The position numbers and the translations under genes were made by a program. From the NCBI GenBank assembly GCA_019240305.1, contig JAFAYP010000521.1, forward strand, positions 818 to 64,817: DNA of 64,000 bases, given 5' to 3'. This DNA is from Solirubrobacterales bacterium (lineage in GTDB: Bacteria; Actinomycetota; Thermoleophilia; Solirubrobacterales; Solirubrobacteraceae). Shown here one piece after another: positions 1 through 11,200 of the stretch (its first letter is position 1; each line of letters starts with the position of its first letter). The notes beneath the pieces were generated by a model. The model saw only the letters and a list, made by a program, of their open reading frames with translations, was not told where the DNA came from and made no database searches.

Positions 1-1994
1 GTGACGGCGAAGGGCAGTGGCACGACATCGGCATTGACGCCAACCACCGCCAGGCGCGCGAACTCGAGGCCCTTCGCCGAGTGCATCGTCCCCACCCGGA
101 TCCCCTTGGGCGCGCCGTCGCCGAGATCGCCCCACGGGACGCCGGCCCCGCGGAGCGCCTCGCGGACGGGATCGAGCACCGTCCGGGTACGCCCGACGAC
201 ACCGATCGCCGACGGACTCACTCCGGCCTCGAGCCATGTTCGGATGAGCGCGGCGACGTCCTTGGCCTCGTCGGCGGGGGTCGAAAATCGCTCGAATGTC
301 GGCGCAGGCCCGGTGAACTCAGACCGGTAGCCGACGCTGTCCTCGGCGGTGCCGTCGAGGTCGTCGATCACCTCCCCGCGCAGAATGCGCTGCGCCACAG
401 ACAGGATCGGCTGACTCGTGCGGTAGTTGATCCTCAGCCGGCGTGAGCGTCCGCGTGTCTCGATCCCGAGGCTCGACAGGCTGACTCGGTGGTCATAGAT
501 CCGCTGGTGGGCGTCGCCGGCGATAAACAGGTCGTTGGCGCCCCGCCGGACGGCGGCGCGCAACAGCCGCCACTGCGCGGGATGCAGGTCCTGCGCCTCG
601 TCGATCACGGCGTGCGCGTACACGCTCGCGTCCGTAGTGCGGCGCCCAAGCTGCGCGGCGGCCAGGTTCGCGATCTGCACATAGGTGGCGCGCTTGCGGT
701 CCGCGAGGTCGGCGGTGAGCCGTTCGATCGCTCCCCAGACCTGCTTGCGCTGCGAACGAGTGAGCCGTGTCCCGCGGCCGGGACGAGCCGTCATCACGTA
801 GTCGGCGAGGGTGCTGATGTCGCGTGCGAGCACGACTTGCTCCCATTCGGCGATGAGGAAACGGTGGTCGAGCCCGAAAGCGTCGAGTCCGGCCATCGCG
901 GCCGAGTCCCGGGCGACCTCGTCAAGCTCGTTGCCCCTGACGGGATATCGACGGACATCGGCCGCGCTCAGGATCTGGTGGGCGAGCGCGTCGACGGTGC
1001 TCACCTGCAGGCGTCGGAACTCCTCCGGTGTGCAGAACGTGCGCAGTACGGCGTCGAGGTTCGCCGCAAGGCTCCGCGTGTAGGTGGCGACGAGCACCCG
1101 TCCCGTCGGCTCACGAGCGTCGATCAGCCGCCGTGCGAGGTGACGGGCGCGGTGGACGAGCACGACCGTCTTACCGGTCCCGGCGCCGCCGGTGACCTTG
1201 GCCGGGCCGTTGAACACCGGCTTCTCCGCCAGCCATCGCTGGGTCGGGTGCAGGAACGTCCGCCACGCGTCGAAGTCGCCGGTGAGCAGCTCCATCAGCT
1301 CGGCGTCGGTGCTCGTCACCACGAACGCGGATCGGCTCGCCGGCCTCGCCAGCGCCGCGTCGATGTCGTCGGGATCGACCTCGGTCTCAGCAGCCACGCC
1401 GTAGGAGGACTGGATCTCGCTCCACACCTCCTCGGTGCTCCGACCGTCGGCGAGCATCAGCACCGCGTCGGCCTGCGCCTGGGGGAGCAGGTGGGCGATC
1501 GCCAGCACCTCGTCCTCGCTTTCCAGCCGGCGTAGGATCGGGACGAGGTCGCCGTCGACACCGACCGATGTGAAATCGCGATCACGTTTGGAGGCAAACA
1601 GGCTCGCATCCGACGGCTGATCGACTCTGTAATCCTGGGTCACCGCTTCGACCTGCTCGGCGACCGTGGGAACGTCGAGGATCTCGACGATCCCGGTGAT
1701 CGGATTGACCCCGAACCGCTGTCGTGTCGCCCAGGCGTTGGCGTCGTCGTGTGCCATCACCCGCAGCAGGGCGTAGTTGCCGCCGCCGAGCCGGACGACG
1801 ACCCCCCGCCAGAAGTCGTCGACGCGTACCGTGCGCACACGATCATCGCGCGAGCCGGTGAGCTTTTCCAGGTGCACCCCGCTTTGTGCGGCATGCTCGA
1901 ACTTGTCGGGAAGCTCGCGCACCTTCTGGCGGACGACGGGCTGAAGCTTGGCGAAGTCCTCGAGGAACTCGCTGGCGAATGCGAGCGTCGGCAT
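1..1994 (-). CDS. UvrD/Rep-family (SF1) helicase with N-terminal RelE/ParE-like domain; runs off the left edge
   Basis: Absent from the ORF track because its stop lies outside the window. Manual translation from ATG 1994: MPTLAFASEFLEDFAKLQPVVRQKV...; Walker A VTGGAGTGKT (~1165-1195), VIDEAQDL (~590-610), TMHSAKGLEF (~60-90). TGATG overlap with the upstream gene. Confidence 0.9.
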   Translation of the reverse strand, partial: MPTLAFASEFLEDFAKLQPVVRQKVRELPDKFEHAAQSGVHLEKLTGSRDDRVRTVRVDDFWRGVVVRLGGGNYALLRVMAHDDANAWATRQRFGVNPITGIVEILDVPTVAEQVEAVTQDYRVDQPSDASLFASKRDRDFTSVGVDGDLVPILRRLESEDEVLAIAHLLPQAQADAVLMLADGRSTEEVWSEIQSSYGVAAETEVDPDDIDAALARPASRSAFVVTSTDAELMELLTGDFDAWRTFLHPTQRWLAEKPVFNGPAKVTGGAGTGKTVVLVHRARHLARRLIDAREPTGRVLVATYTRSLAANLDAVLRTFCTPEEFRRLQVSTVDALAHQILSAADVRRYPVRGNELDEVARDSAAMAGLDAFGLDHRFLIAEWEQVVLARDISTLADYVMTARPGRGTRLTRSQRKQVWGAIERLTADLADRKRATYVQIANLAAAQLGRRTTDASVYAHAVIDEAQDLHPAQWRLLRAAVRRGANDLFIAGDAHQRIYDHRVSLSSLGIETRGRSRRLRINYRTSQPILSVAQRILRGEVIDDLDGTAEDSVGYRSEFTGPAPTFERFSTPADEAKDVAALIRTWLEAGVSPSAIGVVGRTRTVLDPVREALRGAGVPWGDLGDGAPKGIRVGTMHSAKGLEFARLAVVGVNADVVPLPFAV

Positions 1995-4900
1995 CAGCTC
2001 AGCGTCGCGTCGAGCGCGGCGATCACCCGCTCGGCCGTCGTGGCGTCCGCGATGTGCAGCGTCCAGCCGTGCGTGTCGCGAGGCGCGCTGTGACCCGAGG
2101 GAAGGATTCCCACGCGCCGATCGGGCCACGCGACTTCGACCAGCGTGCCCTCGGCCCAGCCGGTCTCATAGCCCACGACGAGCTCCGTGTGACCGGCCGC
2201 GAACGCCGCCGACCCGAGCGCCCGCGCGGCCTCGTCGAAGCAGTCCTCGAGCCCGTCCTCGAGCGTCGTTGGCGTCGCCCCGTCGGAAGGCATCAGCTTC
2301 GCCGCCGCTTGGCCGTCGCCGCTGAGGTAGCTGACGGTCGTCGTGATCGTCGTGCGCTGGCCGAGGCCTCCCAGCAGGTTTGAGAGGTGCAGCCAGTCGG
2401 TCCACTGCTGCTGATCGATCGTCTGTGAGGTGTCGAGCGAGAGCACAGCGCTGCACGGATCAGTTGCCGGGATCGTCCGATCGAGGAGTGCGTGCGCGGG
2501 CAGTCCGCCGGTGCTCTGCCATGTGGCGGCCTGGACATCGGTGGGGACCGGCGACAGGCGTGGCGGATCGCCGCTCGCCATCTGCGAGCGGGCCGCGTCG
2601 GCGTCGGCGACATCGACTACCGCGACATCGCGCATAGGGGCGAGTGCCACCAACTGCGCGACCGTGCTCCAGCCCTCGACCGCCGGATCGCGCAGCCAGC
2701 GCATCAGCTGCTCGAACGCCCCGAGCTTGAGCACCCCGACGAGCCCGTGTCCGCTGCCCAATCGCTCGACGATGGCTCTGCCGGCGTGATTGCGGGCCGA
2801 TGTCGAGATCGGCGTCGCGGAGGTGACCGTCCCGTTGCCCTCCGCGGCGGCCAGAGCTGCCTTGACATCGGACCAGGTCAGCGACCACACGGTGATGCCG
2901 GCCGCCCGCAGCGACGCCCGTCGCCGGGCGTCCTGGTCGACCTGCTCGGCGACGTGGCCGTGGTAGTGCCAGCCGTCGAGGTAGATCGCGACCGGCGGGG
3001 TGCCCGGGCTGTCGACGCGCGTGGCGTAGAAGTCGGGAATCGTGTGGTGGTGGGGGAGGCTCACCTGCTCACGGATCTGCCAGTGCGGACCGTCCTGGAA
3101 GCGGACGTCAAACCGCGTGCGCGATGCCTGGTCGGGGTCCGGTCGTGCGCTGACCTGCACCGCGGCGGTGTCCGACCAGCGGTGTAGCAGCACCTTGAAC
3201 ATGCGCTCGAGCTCTGACTGGACGACAGGACTGAGGTTGATGCCGGTGATCGTTCCCTCGGGCGCGCGGATGAGCTTGAAGCCGAGCAGGATCTCGTCGA
3301 GCAGCTCCAGGGCCACGACGCGGGAGACACGCGGGAGCTCGTGTCGGTCGATGCTGCCGTACAGGCACTTATGACATCCGGGCTTGCCGCGGGCCTGGCA
3401 GTCGCAGGTGGTGATCAGATCGCGGGCGCGCGTGAGGATCCGGTGCAGCTCGGCCGGGTCACCTAGTCGCGGCAGATAGCCGGTCCCGCCCGGCACCGTA
3501 TCGTGGAGGACGACGAAGCGGTTGCGATCGCCGCCTTCGCCCCCCCGGGCGGGGAAGTCCGCCATCAGGACCCTCAAGTGGGACGGATCCCCGCCGAACG
3601 AATCGCGCAGCCCCAGCAGCAGCGCCGCCTTGAACGAGGTGAGGCGCTCGACATGCTCGAACTCGGCGATCGGAAGCAGGATCCGGACCGCCTCGGTCTC
3701 CAGCTCGTGTGCGAGCGCGAGCGACTCCCAGTGCGGGCTACGCGCCCCCGAGCGCACCTTGCACCAGGTGCGATGATGCGCGGGATCGCCGTCGTCGCGG
3801 CCGTCGCCGCGGATTCCGAGCACGCCTCCGCAGTGCCGGCAGACGGTGAACAGGCTCACCTGCCCCTCGACCCCGGCGATCTGAACGGGCTTCGGCTGCC
3901 GGCCCGGGGACAGGCCGAGGTTCAGATAGCGGATCGTCGCCGCCCGAGCGGTTTCGACGCCGAACACCGTGTTGGGATCGTCGTGCAGCCATGCGGAGGT
4001 GATGTCCTCCGGGTCGATGTCGACGAGCGCGCGAACCTCGTGGAACTCTCGGTCGCGCTCATCGGTCTCGTCTCCGACCCGGGCGGTGACCTCTCGCTCG
4101 GTCGAGGAGACCACTCGCAGCGGCAGGACGCGCAGCAGGGACCCCTGATCGGCGACGCCGGGGCTGCCACACCGCGGACAGGTGAGGAGATGCGCGGCCC
4201 CGTCGGCCGTCGCCCAGGCACACTCCGGGCACAGCCGCCAGACCGCGTTGGCCGGCTCGTGCTCGGTGCCATTGTCGACCGCATCGATCCGGACGCGATG
4301 CGAATCGACGTAGAACCAGTTGCCGGGCGCGAGCTCGCGGATCGCGCGGCTCGCGGGTCGGACGTATTCGCCGCCGGCCGAGATGAACCGCGGCGATCTC
4401 GCGTCACTCGGGTCGTGGCGCTCGTTCGGGCTCCACAGCGACACCTCGAGCGTCACCGAGTCGTCGAACAGCGTGTAGTTGGGGATGAGACCGAGCGCCT
4501 CGAGCTCGTTGAGCGAGCTCTGCCTGCGGGCGTTCGACACGCGTCGGGCGATGTAGCGCAGCTCGGAGACGATCCGGCCGAGGGTCTCCTCTTCCTCGGT
4601 GGTAGGCGCGTCGATCCCCTTCAGCTCGGCCTCCCGACTCCGCAGGCGATCGCGTTGGTTGGTGAGCGTCTGCAGATGCGCGCGCCAGCGATCGATCACC
4701 CGCTCGACGTGCGCTGCCAGGTCGCAAGCCGCCCATTGGGTCAGCCGCTCGGCGACCCCGGTGCCCAGGTGTGCGCCGAACAGACCGACAAAGCGCGCGA
4801 CCCACTCCGGAGATGCGCCGGCGTCGACGATCACGCGCAGCCATCCGCCGGGTTGCAGGCCCGTCGACGCAACCTCGCCGATCGTGCGCGGCATCTCGCC

Positions 4901-7900
4901 GGCAGCGGGCAACGAACCGTTAGAGCCCTCGGCGGCTCGGTCGATCAAGAAGGCGAGGTATTGACGCCGCAGGATCTCGATCGCGTCCAGGTAACAGTTC
5001 GGCGGGGTGATCTCTCCGGCGATCATGAGCTCGGGGTCCTGCAGGAAGTACAGGCTGCGCGGGTCGCCTTCGGAGAAAGTGGTGACGAACGCGTTGCCGG
5101 TCTGTCGGCCGGCGCGCCCGACGCGCTGGACATAGCTCGACTGGGTGCGCGGGACGGCGGTGAGCATCACGGCCGACAGGTCCCCGATGTCGATGCCCAT
5201 CTCGAGCGTCGGCGTCGACGCCAGCACGTTCGGAGAGTCGGAGTTGTCGCCCCGCTTGAACCCGGTCTCGACGCGTTCGCGCTGTGCCCGCGTGAGCAGC
5301 CCGGTGTGCTCGGCGGCGACGACGCGGCGGATGCGCCCCTCGCGGTACAGGCCGCGGTAGTAGTTGGTCGCCGGTGCCGCGCAGGGCACGTAGCGTCCAG
5401 GGCAGCGCAGCCGCAGGCACGGCCGCCCCGGCCACCGTGCGGCCTCGTCCGGCGCGGCGTGGTGACGGGTTGCGCAGACGTCGCATCGCACCTCGGTGGG
5501 CGGATCGTCGGCCGCGACATCGACGAACTCGATGCGTTCGGCCGACAGCCCCCACACCTGGCCCTTGGTCGTGGAACGTCGATCCAGCACGCCGATCGCC
5601 GACAGCTCGTTGAGCAGCTCGCGCACCGCGCGGTCGGCGCCCGGTCCGTCGATCCCCAGTGCCTTGCGGGTCCACGCGGCCACCCAGGTCTGCGGTCCGG
5701 CGATCGCGTCGAAGTCCTCGGACGCCGTCGAGCTGAAGAACGCGGGGGCGGAGATGCCACGCGGGAACTTGGGGGCCAGCCGGTCGCCGCCGCCCCAGAT
5801 CCACCATCGGCGGCCGTGCTCGCCGATGTAGCGGTCTAGGAACGGGTGAAAGATGCCGCCGCGCAGGCGCAGCCGGGCGAGCAGACCGTCGAGCCACGTC
5901 GACACGTCCTGGGTTGATGTCGTCAGCTGGCCGGTGTTCGTGCGGACGCACTCGCGTGCATAGGTGAGCAATCGCACGGACTCGCTCGCAGAGATCACGA
6001 CCTGCGGGATCGCGGTATTCGTCGTCTCCAGCGTGCGCCCGAACCGCGAGCGCAGCCCCGCCTCGAGGATCGCGTCGAACGACAGGCGGGCGGTGAGGCC
6101 GCGGCGCGCGAGTCCCGAGGCGGCCGTTGCCGGCTGCTGCCAGGCTGCGGCGAGGTCGGTCTCCCACAGCAGGTCGGGCGGGATCAGCGAGAACAGCGCG
6201 TCGGCAGGGCGGCGCTCGCCGTCGGCGCGCTGAAGCGCGACCTGGGCGATCTCGGTCAACGGCAGGCGGCCACGTTGCTGCAGCGCCCGTGACATCGTCG
6301 CGCGCAGATTGAAGCGATGGGTGCGACCGGAGAAGAATGCCGCTCGGTGGGAGGCGTCCTGGACCGAGTCGGTGAACGCCAGCAGCTTGCGCTCGTCGTC
6401 GACCACCTGCGAGGACCCGAACATCTGCGTGATCCCGACCGAGGCGAGGGTCGTAACCCGCGAGCCCAGGAAGCGGATTGCGTCCCGCGTTCCGCACGAC
6501 GGACAGCGCTGCTGCTCGGCCGCCTGGTCACGATCGGTCCCGCGCCGGCCCTCGCCGGTCATGCCCCCGACCAGGACCGGGATGCGGGCTGCGTCGGGGT
6601 CGGCGGAGTGGACCTGACCCGTCTCGGGATCGAGCCACAGTGCGTCGGGCTCCTCGGCGCTGGCCCGCAGCAGCGTGCGGGTGCGCGCGCGATCTCGGAC
6701 CGAGGTTCGATACACCGCTGCCGGCTCGTCGTGCACGAGACGCTCGATCGCGAGCGTGCCCGGTCCCGCTGCGCGGTTGGCCAATGCCATCCAGCCCGCG
6801 CGGCCGCATGCCGTGCAATGCACCGACGGGAGCTCGAGCTCGGAAGCCTCCGGGTCGGAGGGGGAGTCGGCCCAGCGAAAGCGCGGCGTCCTGTCGACGG
6901 CGCGCAGCAACCGTGCGACCTCGCGGATCCAGACCTGGACCTCGACCGAGAAAAGGGGTCGCGGCGCGCCGTCCACCGCTCGTCCGCGCGCCTGTGAGAT
7001 GAGTGCGACGAAGCGCTCGAGTGCGGCGGTCACCGCCTCGGGCTCATCGGCCAGCCACCGCCCCCAGTCGGGAACCTGCTGGGCGACGGCCGCGACCGCG
7101 TCGGGCCATCGCCGCGGCCGCTCGGCCGCGACGCGCAGCAGCGACGCGGTGACCGGATGGCGCAGCAGCCGATCGCCGACCGACCGGGGGTCGTCGAAGC
7201 TCTCGCCGGTGAACGCCCGAGCGAGCGCCTCGCGCCCGGATTCGGGGTCGGCGAGCTCGATCGTGGCGAGGACGCGCGGGTCGGGGGCCGGCAGCGAGAA
7301 GTCGATGTCCGGGCACACGTCGGCGACGGCCTGGCGCTGCTCGGAGATAATCGCCGAGATGTCGAACCGCACTCCGAACACGCGCTCGGCAAAGCGGCAC
7401 AGCTCAGGGCCCGAGCTCGGGGAGGACCCGAGCGTCGCCGAGGTCCCCACCGGCGCGACCTCGCCCAGCGGCGAGGCGGCGGTCGCGAGACCCAGCCGGT
7501 ATCCGAGGCGGCGCAGCAGCATGGCGACGTCGGTGCCCTGCGCGCCGTCATACGTGTGCAGCTCATCGAGCACGAGGTAGGTGAGCGGCTGCTCCCAGCC
7601 GCTGCGCGGGTCGGGCGGCGTGTTCGCCGCCCACAGCCGCCGCCGGTGGGGCGTGGTCAGCAGCCGGTCGAGCATCTTGTAGTTGGTGAGCAGGATGTCC
7701 GGCGGGTCGTTCATCAGCGCCGACGGATCGGAGATCAGGTGCGTCTCGGTCATCGTTGTGCGGGCCGTCGTGGTCTGGTCATCGCCGATCCACACCCCTG
7801 CGCGCACCCCGGCCGCGACCGCCGCCGGATCCCTCAGCATCACGGCGATCCGCCGCTCCTGATCGGCGACCAGCGCGTTCATCGGGTACAGCAGCAGCGC

Positions 7901-8293
7901 CTTGATCCCGGCCTGCCCGGCCTCACGGCGAGCGATGCAGTGGTCGACGACCGGGACCAGAAACCCCTCGGACTTCCCCGAGCCGGTGCCCGTGGTGATC
8001 AGCGTCGGCTTGGGGGCGAGGTCGCGGCCCCCGAGCCGCCTGAAGGCGTCGAGCTGATGCGCGTACGGACGAAACCCGGCGGGCGTCCAGCGCAGCCCGT
8101 CGTCGGCGTCCACGGGCGCGTCGATGAACGGCAGCCGCACCCGGAGGTACGGCCCGCGGAAGATCCCATCCTCAGGGTCGAGCAGGAACTCGGTGAGCGC
8201 CGCGTACGCCTCGTCATCGGACAGCGCGAACGTCGTCGCCAGGTACTCGACGATGCTCGTCTTCAGCTCGCCGGCGACCAGCGACGGGATCAC
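1994..8293 (-). CDS. 2099-aa DEAD/DEAH-box helicase with DUF1998 (Zn-binding) and C-terminal restriction-endonuclease-like domain
   Basis: TGTGSGKSE, LYPMNAL, LDELHTY, STPTLEMGIDIG, QRVGRAGR, HDTVPGGTGYL...CDC...GCHKCL (DUF1998), PDF...AIYLDGWHYH; many CxxC pairs. Confidence 0.92.
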   Translation of the reverse strand: MIPSLVAGELKTSIVEYLATTFALSDDEAYAALTEFLLDPEDGIFRGPYLRVRLPFIDAPVDADDGLRWTPAGFRPYAHQLDAFRRLGGRDLAPKPTLITTGTGSGKSEGFLVPVVDHCIARREAGQAGIKALLLYPMNALVADQERRIAVMLRDPAAVAAGVRAGVWIGDDQTTTARTTMTETHLISDPSALMNDPPDILLTNYKMLDRLLTTPHRRRLWAANTPPDPRSGWEQPLTYLVLDELHTYDGAQGTDVAMLLRRLGYRLGLATAASPLGEVAPVGTSATLGSSPSSGPELCRFAERVFGVRFDISAIISEQRQAVADVCPDIDFSLPAPDPRVLATIELADPESGREALARAFTGESFDDPRSVGDRLLRHPVTASLLRVAAERPRRWPDAVAAVAQQVPDWGRWLADEPEAVTAALERFVALISQARGRAVDGAPRPLFSVEVQVWIREVARLLRAVDRTPRFRWADSPSDPEASELELPSVHCTACGRAGWMALANRAAGPGTLAIERLVHDEPAAVYRTSVRDRARTRTLLRASAEEPDALWLDPETGQVHSADPDAARIPVLVGGMTGEGRRGTDRDQAAEQQRCPSCGTRDAIRFLGSRVTTLASVGITQMFGSSQVVDDERKLLAFTDSVQDASHRAAFFSGRTHRFNLRATMSRALQQRGRLPLTEIAQVALQRADGERRPADALFSLIPPDLLWETDLAAAWQQPATAASGLARRGLTARLSFDAILEAGLRSRFGRTLETTNTAIPQVVISASESVRLLTYARECVRTNTGQLTTSTQDVSTWLDGLLARLRLRGGIFHPFLDRYIGEHGRRWWIWGGGDRLAPKFPRGISAPAFFSSTASEDFDAIAGPQTWVAAWTRKALGIDGPGADRAVRELLNELSAIGVLDRRSTTKGQVWGLSAERIEFVDVAADDPPTEVRCDVCATRHHAAPDEAARWPGRPCLRLRCPGRYVPCAAPATNYYRGLYREGRIRRVVAAEHTGLLTRAQRERVETGFKRGDNSDSPNVLASTPTLEMGIDIGDLSAVMLTAVPRTQSSYVQRVGRAGRQTGNAFVTTFSEGDPRSLYFLQDPELMIAGEITPPNCYLDAIEILRRQYLAFLIDRAAEGSNGSLPAAGEMPRTIGEVASTGLQPGGWLRVIVDAGASPEWVARFVGLFGAHLGTGVAERLTQWAACDLAAHVERVIDRWRAHLQTLTNQRDRLRSREAELKGIDAPTTEEEETLGRIVSELRYIARRVSNARRQSSLNELEALGLIPNYTLFDDSVTLEVSLWSPNERHDPSDARSPRFISAGGEYVRPASRAIRELAPGNWFYVDSHRVRIDAVDNGTEHEPANAVWRLCPECAWATADGAAHLLTCPRCGSPGVADQGSLLRVLPLRVVSSTEREVTARVGDETDERDREFHEVRALVDIDPEDITSAWLHDDPNTVFGVETARAATIRYLNLGLSPGRQPKPVQIAGVEGQVSLFTVCRHCGGVLGIRGDGRDDGDPAHHRTWCKVRSGARSPHWESLALAHELETEAVRILLPIAEFEHVERLTSFKAALLLGLRDSFGGDPSHLRVLMADFPARGGEGGDRNRFVVLHDTVPGGTGYLPRLGDPAELHRILTRARDLITTCDCQARGKPGCHKCLYGSIDRHELPRVSRVVALELLDEILLGFKLIRAPEGTITGINLSPVVQSELERMFKVLLHRWSDTAAVQVSARPDPDQASRTRFDVRFQDGPHWQIREQVSLPHHHTIPDFYATRVDSPGTPPVAIYLDGWHYHGHVAEQVDQDARRRASLRAAGITVWSLTWSDVKAALAAAEGNGTVTSATPISTSARNHAGRAIVERLGSGHGLVGVLKLGAFEQLMRWLRDPAVEGWSTVAQLVALAPMRDVAVVDVADADAARSQMASGDPPRLSPVPTDVQAATWQSTGGLPAHALLDRTIPATDPCSAVLSLDTSQTIDQQQWTDWLHLSNLLGGLGQRTTITTTVSYLSGDGQAAAKLMPSDGATPTTLEDGLEDCFDEAARALGSAAFAAGHTELVVGYETGWAEGTLVEVAWPDRRVGILPSGHSAPRDTHGWTLHIADATTAERVIAALDATLS

Positions 8294-11200
8294 GTCGGAC
8301 GCTCCGCGGTGTCGGGCGAGGCCAGCTCATAGCGATCCACGAACGTCCAGTACGCGTGGGCCATTGCCGCGATGCGGTCCGCTGGGCGAAACGGCGGCGT
8401 AAACGGCCCGAGGTCGACGTTCGTTTCGCCCTGCTGATGGGCCTGGACCCGGTCCCAGATCTTCGTGTACCCAGGCGGCTTCGCTTCCTTCGCCTCGGCT
8501 TCGAGTCTGGCCTGCAGGTAACCGTGCTGGTGCCAGTCGCCGCACAGCTGGCGGCCGTTGGCATCGAACAGCATCTGATGCTCGTAGGTGAGCAGCACCG
8601 GGAACTGCGACCTGTACACGGCCTCTAGGCCAGCCGGATCAACACCGAGGATGAGCGCGCCGAGCGCGTCGAGCTCGCACAGCAGCAGCCAACGGTCGAG
8701 GTCGCCGCGGACCGGTACCGACATGTCCCAGGCACGGGGCAGTGACCCGATCGATCGCGTCGCCGCCGTCTGATGGGTGAACTGGTCGTCGGGCTTGACG
8801 CTGCCCGCGAGTCCCTCCCACAACGCGGCGAACTCTCTGGTCAGGCAGTTGAGGCGGAGCGTCCGATGCAGAAGCGGCGGCAGCAGCGGGTGGTCGTTAG
8901 CGACCGCCGGGAAACGCGCGATCACGTTGTCATGCAGATCGCTGACTCCCGTCGTCCGAACGAAGAAGTCCGACAGCAGCCCTGCGAGCAGCCCGGCGAA
9001 CGCCACCGTCACCGCGTCGTCGGTAAGGGCGCCGAGGTAGCAGACGCTGACCGCGGACGGTCCGGGAGGCAGCAACGCAGCGAAGACCGACCGGGCCGTG
9101 TTGGATGCGATCTGCCGTCGCACGATCAGCCGGTATCGCTCCGTGCTCTTACGTGCGTCCCAGTCGGCGATCTCCGCGTCGAACGTCTTCCTATCGGCCA
9201 GACGCTGCCAGTTCGTTCGCGGGATGAGGGACTCCGACAGGCGCTCGAGGTCCCACGGCTCGTAGTCCTGCTGATGCCGGCCGGATGGCCGAGGCTGCTT
9301 GGCGAACGGGGTGCAGATCCCGATGTGCGGCCCCTGCAGGATCACCTCGTCCCAGGAGTCAGGCACCGCCGTGCGCTCCTCGATGAGACCTTTTCGCGGT
9401 GCCGTCTGCTCATGGAAGCCCGGGCTCCAGAAGTACGTCGTTCCTCCAAGGCGGTCCGGATAGCGAGCGATCGCTTCGCCCGCGGCTGCCTCCGCCGAGG
9501 TCACCGACTTGACGACCGGCGAGGACGGCGGGTCGTTGTAGGCGAGCAGCGCGGCCCACGCCGCGAGCGTGTTTGCGTCGACCCGGACGAGCCGCTCGCG
9601 GTGCGGTCGGATGTCCCACTCGCCGGTGGGCAGCTTGCGCCCGGGAAGCTCGCCGCTCCCGTCGTGGCCGATGCTGCGGTCGACCACGTGCGGGTGGTAC
9701 AGGAACGCCGCCTGGACGAAGTCGACCGTCCCGCGGTCGCCGCTGTAGACGTGCACCCCGTACGGACGCGTGTCACTGATCTCCGTGAACAGCTGCAGCT
9801 CGTTGATGAAGTGGAAGTATTCGCGGTATCGGCGATACGCGGACGTCCGCAGCCGTGCCGCCTTGGGGTCTGAGAGGTGCCCGTCGGGGTGCAGCAGCCC
9901 GGTTGCTCCGGTGGCTCGCGCGCGCCGCCAGGTTCCGGTGATGAACAGCAGGTACAGGTTGGTCTGTTGGCCGGCGAGCAGTGGCTCGCGGGTCACCGCG
10001 CCGAGACAGTCGCCGATCGCTACGTTCTCGGCCCGCTCGGCGAGATACTGCTCGTGCGCCTGCGGCTGCTCGAGCACTGCGGCGCGACGAGCGAGCCGCG
10101 CCTGCTCAGGGATCGGGTCGGTGAGGCCGAACCACGGGTCGTGCTCGGCGAGCGCGGCCTCGTCGGACCACCGGGGCCGCACCCACGGCGGGTTACCGAC
10201 CTGCAGGTCGAACCCCCCGCGCGCGAACACCGGCGAGAACTCAAGCTCCCAGTGAAACCAGTTCTGCGTCTGCGCGATCGCCTGCAGGCGGGCCAACCAC
10301 GGGTGCACGTCGATCACGTCGTCGATGCCGCTGCCGGCGGGCAGCGGCAGATCGCGCTCGTCGGTGAACAGGGCGCCCGACTCCCAAGGCTCGTCGACGC
10401 GGAGAAGTCCCTCGGCGGCCATCAGCCACTGATCGAGCGAGGGCAGACCGGTGCCGTCGGCGGGAGCCCACAGCCACAGCGAGCACCACGCGTCCATGAG
10501 CGTGCGCAGCCGGCTCGTCGCCGACCGGGGATCCTGGAGTACGCGTTGGACGGCCGCCTCGCCGAAGCGGCTCCCGGCGGGGGCGGTGTCGGCGCCCCAC
10601 ACGTCGATGTGCTGGCGCGTAGCCTGCCAGAACTCGTCGACCTCGGCGGCTGACTGCGCCCAGAGCTCCTCGGCCCGGCCGGCCAGCCCCGAGAGTCGCT
10701 CGACCTGGCGTGCGGACGGCGGGGTGTGAATCGCCTTGCGCCATTGCTTCACCGCGCTCACCCACTCGGGATCGAGCTCCTTGATCTCCTTGGCGTCGGC
10801 GGCCGCGCCCCAGCCCTCGCCTGGCACGAGGAAGTGATGGACGCCGCCCGCCGTGCCCAGCGGCGCCATGGACAGCGGCAGATCAGTGGGAGGCGTCGGC
10901 GTCTTCCCGGTCCATGCCCGCTCGCGCACCTGCTCGATCGTGTATGTCGCCCGCCGAGCGCCGATGAGGCTGTTTCCGCAGCGCAGGCGAGCTCCGAACC
11001 ACGGTGCTTTCAGCCCGGCGTGCATGCATCCGAGCCACAGGCTGACCTCCGCCAGCTCGACCGCGGTCTGGTTGAGATCGAGCCCGTAGGCCTGGTTGAC
11101 CGCGAAGTGCGCCTTCGCGCGCTGCAGCTCGGTCTGGTAGCGGTCGGCATCGATCGTCGTCCCCGATTCCTCCTGCGCTGCCTTTAGGTAGCGCGCGGCG

